A stretch of 64,000 nt of DNA from an uncultured Bifidobacteriaceae bacterium (GTDB lineage Bacteria > Verrucomicrobiota > Verrucomicrobiia > Limisphaerales > JADLHS01). The stretch spans positions 54,647-118,646 of the forward strand of contig CAYWMD010000009.1 of assembly GCA_964458575.1 (NCBI GenBank), in the 5' to 3' direction. Positions within the stretch are counted from its first letter, which is position 1. Every line of letters begins with the position of its first letter. The notes beneath the pieces were generated by a model, which was not told the origin of the DNA, searched no databases, and saw nothing but the letters and a program-made list of their open reading frames with translations. Of this stretch, positions 45,436-52,857 are shown piece after piece. A program made the translations under genes and the position numbers.

Positions 45436-46340
45436 TCGCGTAAAGCGGCGTAAAGCCGCACCACGGCCAAGGGCGGAGGACAGACCACGGATCACGGACC
45501 ACGAAAGACACGAAAGACACGAAACACGGAGAGGGACGACGAGGTCATGGGATTAAGATTAGGAGTAGGATTAAGATGAAGATTAAGAGTAGAAGGAGGA
45601 AGGGGAAGAGGTGAAAAGGGGAAAAGGGGAAAAGGGGCGGAGGAAAGACGAGGGCGGACCATCTGAGGACGGAGGGCTTTCCTTAAATGCTGAAACGCTG
45701 AAACCTGAAACGCTGAAAAGCTGCTCGCGTAAAAGCGCGTTGCGGCACGCGATTCTGAAGCTGAAAAAGGACCACGGACCACGGAGCATGGGCAAAAGCT
45801 GAAGAACCGAAACCTGAAACCTGTTGTCGGAGCGAGGAGCAGCGAGCGGGGAGCAGCGAGCGGGGAGCGGGGAGCGCGTGACCGCCAAAATCTGAAATCT
45901 GAAAAGCTGACATGCCGAAATCGGATTAAGATTACGATTAAGAGTAAGACGGAGGACGGTGACCTGTTGTCGGAGCGGGGAGCGGGAAAGGAAGAGGGGA
46001 AAAGGGGAAAGGGGGAAGAGGGGCGGAGGAAAGACGATGGCGGAGGACGGAGGACGGACCATCTGAGGACGGAACTGATTCACCACGAAACACACGAAAT
46101 ACACGAATACGAAACAGGAGTAAGCGGAGGCAACGGAGCGAAGCCAAAAAGCTGAAAGGCTGCCCAGTGAAGTAGCTGGCCGTGAGGTTCCACGGGCTGA
46201 ACGCACTTCACGGGCCAAGGAGGGCGGACCAGGCGGGAATCAATATCGAACATTCAACACCCAACATCGAACATCCATTCAAGGGTCAAGGCTGAAACCT
46301 GAAACCTGAAACCTGGAGGGAGGAGGCGCGCACGGAGTGA
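45436..46340. repeat. Intergenic mosaic of short repeat words (block C)
   Basis: It repeats the block A word order twice: a partial copy at ~45497-45680 and a full copy at ~45916-46225. The full copy includes a 156-nt stretch (46024-46179) nearly identical to 43436-43591. It also has gctgaaac runs, ggagcggggagc runs, aacattcaacacccaacatcgaacatcc (~46240-46278) and gctgaaacctgaaacctgaaacctgg. Confidence 0.8.
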
Positions 46341-46346
46341 CGCGCC

Positions 46347-46472
46347 CTACCTGTGGTTCAGCGTGATGAGGGAGGGGAGTTGTTTGCGGAGAGCCGCTTC
46401 GGCCTGGGATTCGTCGCCGACTCCGCTGATGGCGATTTCGAGGATGCGCAAGCCGTAATTCCGGGTGCCGCG
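46347..46472 (-). pseudogene. Orphan fragment homologous to the C-terminal tail of the exosortase-EpsI fusion (fragment 2 of 2)
   Basis: The minus-strand frame ending at the TAG (46349-46347) reads ...GTRNYGLRILEIAISGVGDESQAEAALRKQLPSLITLNHR*. This aligns with AGRRNMGQRLLEIGVWGSENYDTVEAALQRQLEKLIVVEQ at the end of the exosortase ORF. No start codon is present. Confidence 0.5.
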
Positions 46473-46480
46473 TGATACTC

Positions 46481-46675
46481 CTACTGCACCACAATCAGTT
46501 TATCCAACTGGGCGCGCAGGGCGCCCTCGGCTTGGGCCGGATTGTCAATGCCCCACACGGCGAGTTCCAAGGAACGTTGGCCAAGATTGCGCCGGCCAGC
46601 CCGGACGGCAGTGAAGCGGCTGGCGTAGGTCAGCGACTCTTTGTCAAATGCCGGGTCCGGTCGGTGATGCGGAGG
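46481..46675 (-). pseudogene. Orphan fragment homologous to the C-terminal tail of the exosortase-EpsI fusion (fragment 1 of 2)
   Basis: The minus-strand frame lies between the TGA (46678-46676) and the TAG (46483-46481). It reads PPHHRPDPAFDKESLTYASRFTAVRAGRRNLGQRSLELAVWGIDNPAQAEGALRAQLDKLIVVQ*. It contains no Met, starts 5 nt after the exosortase stop, and is in another frame. Confidence 0.6.
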
Positions 46676-46682
46676 TCATCCC

Positions 46683-48434
46683 TTACCGATTGGCGCCATT
46701 CGACTGCTCCACCACAATCAGTTTTTCCAACTGGCGCTGGAGGGCGGCTTCGACGGTATCGTAGTTTTCAGATCCCCAGACGCCGATTTCCAACAAACGC
46801 TGCCCCATGTTCCGACGTCCTGCCACCACATTGGCCAAACGGCCACGGACAGTAAGGCCTTCGGCCAAATAGGGTTGATTGTCGGGATAATCCCGAATCG
46901 CGCCATGGAAAACAAACAAAGGCGTACCGGCGTCGCTGAAGAGATACCGAGTGAAAGAGAATGAAAGACCGTTAACATGGAATTCCTTGGGTCCGAGCGT
47001 GGAACGCAACTTCTTGCCCGCAGCGGTCAGGCAGGACGTAGGTGGGTGGTTGTTGAGCATCTCCAATGTTATCTTTCCCGGCACCCAGCGGAAGTACAGC
47101 ATTTGCCATCGCGTGCCATCCGCATCTTGCCAGGCGAGATTCATGCCCTCATCGTGGCGCAGCCAAAACCGCGTGGTGTCAGTAATGGGTAGTTCCTTGA
47201 TCGGAGAACCGTTGGCTGGCTTCGAAACCGTCCAAGCGGGGGCGGGCAAAAGGTGCTTCTCGTGGATGCGATACCAGAACTCTACCCCGACGACGACGAA
47301 TGAAATCCAAACGATTAAGGCCAAGGGCAAAGTGCAGAGTGCAAAGCGCGGAGCGCGGTCCTCCCGCACGAAGCCTTCGGGTCGGAGAGGTGCAGGGACG
47401 GGAAGCGCGGAGCGGGAAGCGCGGAGCACGAAGGATAGCAGCCAAAGCCCGCTGAAGCAGCCGACGAGGATGGTGATGCCGGCGGGGTCATGCCATTTGG
47501 CGATAGCGGGCACGCCGTCGCGCGCAGCGACCCAAGTCAATAGGCTGGTGCGCCCGAAGTTAAAAATGAACGAAAGGGCGAAACCGGCAAGACAGAGGGA
47601 AAAACGGCGGAGGATAGAGAGCCGGTAGAATTCGCCGAAGAAGAGGGAGAGCATGAGGGTGGCCTGAAAGGAGCGGATGCCGCTGCAGGCGTCGTCAATG
47701 CCGACGAGGCCGGTGATGACTTCGATGACGTTGCCGTGCTGGACGGCGAGGATGCCGAGAGCGTTTAGAAGTTCGATGGTGACGGCGATGTTGGCCCGGG
47801 TGAGTACCTGGATGAGGGGATACTCGATGAAGGTGGGCCAAGGAACGGCCACTAAAAAGAATAGAAGAGGAAAGCAGAAAGTAGAAATGCTGAGACCGGA
47901 GACCGGAGACCGGAGACCAGAGGTTAGAGGACGGAGGTCAGAGGACAGAGGGCGTTCTGAAATGCTGACACGCTGAAAGGCTGACCCGCCTTCGTAACAC
48001 TTCGGCGTGGCGAGAAAGCTGAAATGAAGGATGAGCAGCGTGAGGGTGATGACGATGAGGGCGAGGGCCCAACTGATCAGTCGCCAATCAGGGTTGGCTT
48101 CCTGGATGAGGCGGGTGGGTAGGTAGAGGAAAGCGCAGATGACAAATGCTGAAATGCTGAAAAGCTGAAAGCTGAAAGCTGAAAACTGAGACCGGAGACC
48201 TGAAACGTGAAACCTGAAACGTGAAGCCGGAGGGGGATTAAGATTAAGATTAGGAGTAGAACGGAGACGGCGAAAGAGGAGGTAGATGCAGAGGAAGGGG
48301 ACGGCCCAGCCGTAGGCGTACTGGGGGTTTAACGTCCATTCTAAACGCAATTGATTGATCAAAGTGAACCAGAGCCAGGCCAAAGGCAGAAGCCAAAGGC
48401 CGAGTCTTAACCACGGATGGGGACGCTTGGACAC
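46683..48434 (-). CDS. Exosortase (EpsH/Xrt family) fused to a C-terminal EpsI-like domain, with two repeat-derived in-frame blocks
   Basis: 583-aa polytopic membrane protein with an N-terminal WxxLxxxW...NPQYAYGWAVP block. The catalytic-Cys block is VGIDDACSGIRSFQATLMLSLFF. After the last TM helix there is a ~200-aa soluble domain (WTVSKPANGSPIKELP...YFRWVPGK...) of EpsI type. The start is uncertain: the GTG at 48434 lies inside a repeat word. Confidence 0.87.
   Translation of the reverse strand: MSKRPHPWLRLGLWLLPLAWLWFTLINQLRLEWTLNPQYAYGWAVPFLCIYLLFRRLRSTPNLNLNPPPASRFRFHVSGLRSQFSAFSFQLFSISAFVICAFLYLPTRLIQEANPDWRLISWALALIVITLTLLILHFSFLATPKCYEGGSAFQRVSISERPLSSDLRPLTSGLRSPVSGLSISTFCFPLLFFLVAVPWPTFIEYPLIQVLTRANIAVTIELLNALGILAVQHGNVIEVITGLVGIDDACSGIRSFQATLMLSLFFGEFYRLSILRRFSLCLAGFALSFIFNFGRTSLLTWVAARDGVPAIAKWHDPAGITILVGCFSGLWLLSFVLRASRSALPVPAPLRPEGFVREDRAPRFALCTLPLALIVWISFVVVGVEFWYRIHEKHLLPAPAWTVSKPANGSPIKELPITDTTRFWLRHDEGMNLAWQDADGTRWQMLYFRWVPGKITLEMLNNHPPTSCLTAAGKKLRSTLGPKEFHVNGLSFSFTRYLFSDAGTPLFVFHGAIRDYPDNQPYLAEGLTVRGRLANVVAGRRNMGQRLLEIGVWGSENYDTVEAALQRQLEKLIVVEQSNGANR
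47883..48011. repeat. Repeat-word block 2 inside the exosortase ORF
   Basis: It encodes ATPKCYEGGSAFQRVSISERPLSSDLRPLTSGLRSPVSGLSIS. On the plus strand it contains ccggagac runs, gctgacacgctgaaaggctgac, and the unit gctgacccgccttcgtaacacttcggcgtggcgagaaagctga, which recurs at ~44333-44378. Confidence 0.75.
48144..48257. repeat. Repeat-word block 1 inside the exosortase ORF
   Basis: It encodes TPNLNLNPPPASRFRFHVSGLRSQFSAFSFQLFSISAF. On the minus strand it reads aatctt x2, cacgtttcaggttt x2 (14 nt), ggtctcc, cagcttt x3 (7 nt) and cagcattt x2 (8 nt). Confidence 0.78.
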
Positions 48435-48505
48435 GGATCAAAAGCTAAGAAGCTGAAACACTGAAACGCTGAAACTCGAAACTAGAAACCAGAAACTTGA
48501 GAGTA
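48435..48505. repeat. Repeat-word run immediately upstream of the exosortase (block D)
   Basis: The sequence is acggatcaaaagctaagaagctgaaacactgaaacgctgaaactcgaaactagaaaccagaaac. The preceding ttaaccacggatgg..gacacggatc word covers the first ~10 exosortase codons. Confidence 0.7.
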
Positions 48506-48608
48506 ATTACCCGTACCAAGTGCATGAACCGCGAACGACGCGAAACACGCAAAAAAGATGGCGGGCGGCAAATAGATGCAAAAGTCCGATCTTCACGCTC
48601 TCCGCTCG

Positions 48609-49172
48609 TCAGTGAGCACTTTGCGCTTCTATCACCCGTTGTTTGATGAGGACTGCCGGATTGCCACGATAAATACCGAATCGTACCAAGCTTTTCGTCG
48701 CTACGGAGCCGGCGGTGAGGACGGCGTGGCTGCCGATGGTTACGCCAGGACCGACGAAGGCGCACGCTCCGACCCACGCCCCCTGCTCGACGACAATGGG
48801 CTCAGTGATCAGGTCGAAGGCAGGAGACTTATAGTTGTGATTCCCGGTACATAGAAAAGCCCGCTGCGAAATACAAACGTGGCTTTCAATCGTGATGGGA
48901 GCGAGATTCAGCAGCCAACATTCTTCGCCGAGCCAGACATGGTCGCCCAAGGTCAGCTTCCACGGAAATGTGATTTTGACGTTTGGCTTGATGACCACGC
49001 CCCTTCCGACGCGCCCTCCAAACAGACGGAGTACGGCGCATTTCAGCCGGGAAAAGCTAAAGGGACAAAGTTGAAAGAGGAAAAGGCGGACAATCAGCCA
49101 CAAGGCTTCTCGCACGACGCCAGCGCCCCGGTCAAAATCCGGATTAGAAAACTCGGCCAGATTTACTTTCAT
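48609..49172 (-). CDS. wcaF: Hexapeptide-repeat O-acetyltransferase, WcaF-like (colanic-acid-type)
   Basis: 187 aa. It is collinear with E. coli WcaF as I recall it: LRLFGGRVGRGVVIKPNVKITFPWKLTLGDHVWLGEE...CISQRAFLCTGNHNY...GAWVGACAFVGPGVTIG...YRGNPAV. Confidence 0.82.
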   Translation of the reverse strand: MKVNLAEFSNPDFDRGAGVVREALWLIVRLFLFQLCPFSFSRLKCAVLRLFGGRVGRGVVIKPNVKITFPWKLTLGDHVWLGEECWLLNLAPITIESHVCISQRAFLCTGNHNYKSPAFDLITEPIVVEQGAWVGACAFVGPGVTIGSHAVLTAGSVATKSLVRFGIYRGNPAVLIKQRVIEAQSAH

Positions 49173-49237
49173 TGGAGCCGAAACCCTTCAGTCAGAACAG
49201 GAGTGAACAGCGCGCACAGAGCAGGAGATGGAGATGG

Positions 49238-49396
49238 GGACGCGGGTGGAACGCGTCCTTCCCCGGACATCGCAGCGCGATGTCCCTACCCGAGAGGCGG
49301 CATCTTGTCACCTGGAAGCATAGTGTAAACTGGAGTCATATCCGATTTCCGGTATTTCTTGCTGCCACAGCCCTTTCCGCCGGGCTGGAAGCCCGG
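49238..49396. repeat. Cluster of GC-rich hairpins in the 250-nt gap between two EPS genes
   Basis: There are three hairpins: GGACGCG-ggtggaa-CGCGTCC (49238-49258), GGACATCGC-agc-GCGATGTCC (49265-49285, a perfect 9-bp stem), and CCGGGC-tggaa-GCCCGG (49380-49396). The positions were checked against the codon register of track ORF 49172..49594. Confidence 0.7.
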
Positions 49397-49422
49397 CTCT
49401 ACGGCAGCCAGGATGGCTACCG

Positions 49423-50478
49423 CTACGGTTTGGGCTGCGACATTTCGTCCAACTGCTTGGATATGATTCCCAACACGCGCACGGATTCGCGCCCCTCCGC
49501 CGCGATCACCGGCGGCTCAGAACCATTGAGGATACTGTCGGCAAAGCCCTCGATTATGAAGTCATGGGTGGAACGCAGCGACTTGGTGGCATAACGCCCG
49601 CCCGCCTTGATGAGGCTGCCAATGAGGTCCTTACACTCCTGCAGGACGGACATGCCGATTGTAGCTGGTTTGAGCTTATCGCGGCGATAGACCACCAGAC
49701 TCATCGCCTCCAAGTCCACAAGCAGGATGGCTTTCTCGCCGATGATTTCCACGCGTGCCATCCATTGGTTGGAAGCGTAGGAAAGCGTTGTGGAACTGAC
49801 CGCCTTCTCGCCCGCGAGCACGATCCGGTAATCCTCGAAACGCGACCACGGATAATTGAGGAGTTTCTTCGCGTGAACGCTGACCTCGCTGATCGGATTG
49901 ATAAAGGCCAGCGTCATATAGACGATATGCGGTCCCGTCTCGCCGATCACGCCGCCGGGCAGTTTGTGGGCCCAATGATCCGGCTTGGAAGTGATGTAAT
50001 CGGTGGGGGTGGAAAGAAAAATGTTCATGCCGCGGAACTCGCCGATGACGCCTTCGCGGACGAGCTTCCGCGCTTCGATGAACGGATAATAGAAGAGATC
50101 GCTATGGGCCAGGCAGACTTTGACGTTACTGGCTGTGGCGGCGGCGATAATCGCATCGCACTCTTCGACGGACATGGCCATCGGTTTCTCGATCAAGAGA
50201 TTGGCGCCGCTCTGCGCGGCCTGGATGGCGATGGGGGCGTGGGTTTTGGGCGGGGTGCAGATGTCCACGATGTCCGGTTTTTCCTTGGCCAGCATCTCCG
50301 CGATGTTGCCGTAGGCGGCGGGGATGCCGTGCGCGGCGGCGACTTTCTGGGCGGACTCCAGATTCACGTCGCAGACGGCGGCAAGGTGCACCTTGCCGCT
50401 GTGTCTTTGGAAGGCGGGGATGTGTTTAAGTTTGGCGATCAATCCTGAACCGATAATGACTGCTTGCAGTTTTTTCAT
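49423..50478 (-). CDS. Gfo/Idh/MocA-family NAD(P)-dependent oxidoreductase (sugar-nucleotide modifying)
   Basis: The ATG at 50478 gives MKKLQAVIIGSGLIAKLKHIPAF (Rossmann GxGxxA). The EKP motif is present (NLLIEKPMAMSVEE). Confidence 0.87.
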   Translation of the reverse strand: MKKLQAVIIGSGLIAKLKHIPAFQRHSGKVHLAAVCDVNLESAQKVAAAHGIPAAYGNIAEMLAKEKPDIVDICTPPKTHAPIAIQAAQSGANLLIEKPMAMSVEECDAIIAAATASNVKVCLAHSDLFYYPFIEARKLVREGVIGEFRGMNIFLSTPTDYITSKPDHWAHKLPGGVIGETGPHIVYMTLAFINPISEVSVHAKKLLNYPWSRFEDYRIVLAGEKAVSSTTLSYASNQWMARVEIIGEKAILLVDLEAMSLVVYRRDKLKPATIGMSVLQECKDLIGSLIKAGGRYATKSLRSTHDFIIEGFADSILNGSEPPVIAAEGRESVRVLGIISKQLDEMSQPKP

Positions 50479-50558
50479 TGTGGTTTGGCTTCTGATTATC
50501 TCCCGATCATTTGTTAACGGAAGCGCGGTGAAATAATGACGCGAGCAAGTGCGGATGA

Positions 50559-51716
50559 CTAACGCGTTGTTACACAGGGCGGTTTCGGGCCGCCACCCAA
50601 AACCCAATCGTAAACGTCTTTGATTTCCAAAGCGACTCGCTCGCAGGAAAAGCGTACCTCGACGAGCTCGCGGCCTCGTTTGCCCATGGCTTGGCGTTCG
50701 GCATCGGTGGCACCTGTAGCTTCAACGAGCGTCCGAGCCAGCGGTTCCACGCCCACGTCAATCCACCAGCCACAGTTGTTGGAGACCAAGCACTCCCAAG
50801 GAGCGGCCTTGGTTGCGATTACGGGAATGCCACAACTCAGGGCTTCGGGAACCACCTTTCCAAAGTTCTCCGTGAAAGACGGCAACACCAGAACATCGGC
50901 GCTCCGGTACAGCTCCCATTTGGTGTCACCCTCTACCGGCCCTGGAAAGCGAAAAGTTCGTTGCAACTTGAGCGCGTTGATTTCCGCCTGAAGTTCCGCC
51001 TGGTGGCCGGAGTGGTCGGGGCCTGCGATGACGCACTCCCATCCTGGCGGCCTCACTTGGGCCCAAGCCCGCACGAGATTCATCAGGCCTTTGACCGGAT
51101 AAATGCGGCCGAGAAAAAGCACCTTGTGAGTTGCGTCGCCGTTGCGGGGTTCCTGCCACGCGGGAACTTCAACGCCGTCCGGAATGACGGCAATGGGCTG
51201 CTTCGCTCCGGCCGCTCGGATGGCTTCTGCCTCAAGCGGAGCCGTTGCGATGAACGCTTGCGGACGTTGCAGGTCGCGCCGCTGGTAAAGCCACCAGGCA
51301 GGGATTTTCTTCCAACGCTTGTGCCTCAAAGACCAGGAACTCAACATGCCATGAATTGTCCAGACCAGCGGGATGCCCAATTCATTGGCCACACGCGCGG
51401 TCAAATGGTTCATCGGCGTCCACAATCCGTGATTGTGAATGAGGTCAATCTTCTTCGTGCGGCAATGTTGCCTGAGCCTCCGCGTAAATCCGATTGGCAA
51501 GGCAAGCCGGAGTCTCCGGAAACAGAGCGCAGGCACGACCGTAACGTCCACCAACTCGGGTCGAGGACGATGGTCCGGTCCTTCGGCACCGGATTGCACG
51601 GTCATCACGCTAACGCCCAGTCCGTGGCGCGCCAGGGACTCGCTTTGCTGGCAGACGGCCATCATCGGTCCGCCACGGGCTTTCTCCAGGCTGTAGATGG
51701 ACAACAAGACGTTCAT
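50559..51716 (-). CDS. Glycosyltransferase family 4
   Basis: 385 aa. The N-terminus is MNVLLSIYSLEKARGGP. The C-domain is LFLGRIYPVKG...LVLPSFTENFGKVVPEALSCGIPVIAT, which carries the EX7E-type motif. Confidence 0.85.
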   Translation of the reverse strand: MNVLLSIYSLEKARGGPMMAVCQQSESLARHGLGVSVMTVQSGAEGPDHRPRPELVDVTVVPALCFRRLRLALPIGFTRRLRQHCRTKKIDLIHNHGLWTPMNHLTARVANELGIPLVWTIHGMLSSWSLRHKRWKKIPAWWLYQRRDLQRPQAFIATAPLEAEAIRAAGAKQPIAVIPDGVEVPAWQEPRNGDATHKVLFLGRIYPVKGLMNLVRAWAQVRPPGWECVIAGPDHSGHQAELQAEINALKLQRTFRFPGPVEGDTKWELYRSADVLVLPSFTENFGKVVPEALSCGIPVIATKAAPWECLVSNNCGWWIDVGVEPLARTLVEATGATDAERQAMGKRGRELVEVRFSCERVALEIKDVYDWVLGGGPKPPCVTTR

Positions 51717-51783
51717 TCAGCAGCCGAAAGGACGCGCTGTTCGCACCGAGATTCTAAAGTTCGACGTCCCATTCGCCGAGGAG

Positions 51784-52857
51784 CTAGCCGCCCAAAAAAT
51801 CACGCAAGAGCGGCAGGAATCGGTCGCGAAAGCAACCGTAACGGAAATGACTTCTCCATCGTTCGTGTGCCCGCCGGCCCAGTTCCGTTGCGCGATCAGG
51901 ATTCTTCAACAGGTAGATGAGGCGGTCCGCCAATTCATCCGGTTTGTCCAGGTTAACATTGTAACCGGTGACTCCATCCAGGTTGATTTCTGGTGCCGCA
52001 TCGTGAACCGACGCCACGACCGGCAAGCCATGCCGCATCGCTTCGATATACACCAGACCGAATCCCTCCCCCCGGCTGGGCATGGCAAACACGGTTGTGT
52101 TGCTCCAGATCGTCTCCAATTGGTCTTCCGGGACGAAACCCTTGAAGATGATTCTCGATGCAGCGGGCGACTGGGCAACCTTCTCCTCGATAAGCGAGCG
52201 GCCCGATCCCCCGCCAACGAAAACCAACCGTGCATCCGGGACACACGAAACCACCTTCGGCCAGCACTCGATCAACTCGCGATGACCTTTGTAACCGCCA
52301 TCGGGGTCGAAGCGGCCGATGAGCGTCACCGTGGGTGGGCCGGAGGCCACAGGTGCGATGAGTGGCGGCTCATCTTCTTCAGTGGCGAGCCAGCAGACTT
52401 TGGCACGTGAAAAACCACCATGCAGTGTTTCTGCCCGGTCACGCGTGTAGGCGCTGTTGGACAGCAACATAGCAGCGCGCCGGGACCAGGCGATTCGATC
52501 AACGCGCGCGCGTTCCCAAACTTCAACACCGTGGATCCAAGCCAGGAACGGGCGGTGTAGCCCAGGGCAGCGACAGTGGGCCCGGGCCATCCCAAGGAAA
52601 TCGTAGATAAAACGCGAACAGGTGAAAGCAGCCTTGTGTGATCCAAAAGCAAATCGCCACCGGGATCGGGCAGCATATTTGAAGTGAATTCCTGAACTGT
52701 GAGAAGTGTCCGTATCATTAAGTACCACTCCACAGGCTGACACCTTTCCTGCGCGGACCTCTTCGTCCAACACCTTTGACATCAACCGGGCGACCCGGCA
52801 GATCCCTCCGTTACCGGCCGAGAGCGATTCAAACCCCAGGAAGAGCTTGGGCTTCAT
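51784..52857 (-). CDS. Glycosyltransferase family 4
   Basis: The ATG at 52857 gives MKPKLFLGFESLSAGNGGICRV. The C-domain is FVGGGSG...FAMPSRGEGFGLVYIEAMRHGLPVVAS. Confidence 0.8.
   Translation of the reverse strand: MKPKLFLGFESLSAGNGGICRVARLMSKVLDEEVRAGKVSACGVVLNDTDTSHSSGIHFKYAARSRWRFAFGSHKAAFTCSRFIYDFLGMARAHCRCPGLHRPFLAWIHGVEVWERARVDRIAWSRRAAMLLSNSAYTRDRAETLHGGFSRAKVCWLATEEDEPPLIAPVASGPPTVTLIGRFDPDGGYKGHRELIECWPKVVSCVPDARLVFVGGGSGRSLIEEKVAQSPAASRIIFKGFVPEDQLETIWSNTTVFAMPSRGEGFGLVYIEAMRHGLPVVASVHDAAPEINLDGVTGYNVNLDKPDELADRLIYLLKNPDRATELGRRAHERWRSHFRYGCFRDRFLPLLRDFLGG

Noticed and set aside
43313-46218. ORFs inside the repeat mosaic: 43313..43687(-), 44105..44515(-), 44481..44771(-), 45583..46218(-), 46279..46494(-) and several plus-strand ones.
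   Set aside because: Their translations are just concatenated repeat words (FRVFRVFRG, LNLHLNPNLNLN, SAFQFFSFS, PFSPFPLF). They have no start context and no family similarity. The same words are read in different frames in different copies.
43218-48505. The possibility that the dense repeats form a CRISPR array.
   Set aside because: The units are 6-14 nt tandem words rather than 25-40-nt repeats separated by unique spacers of constant length. No cas genes and no leader-like organisation are present in the window.
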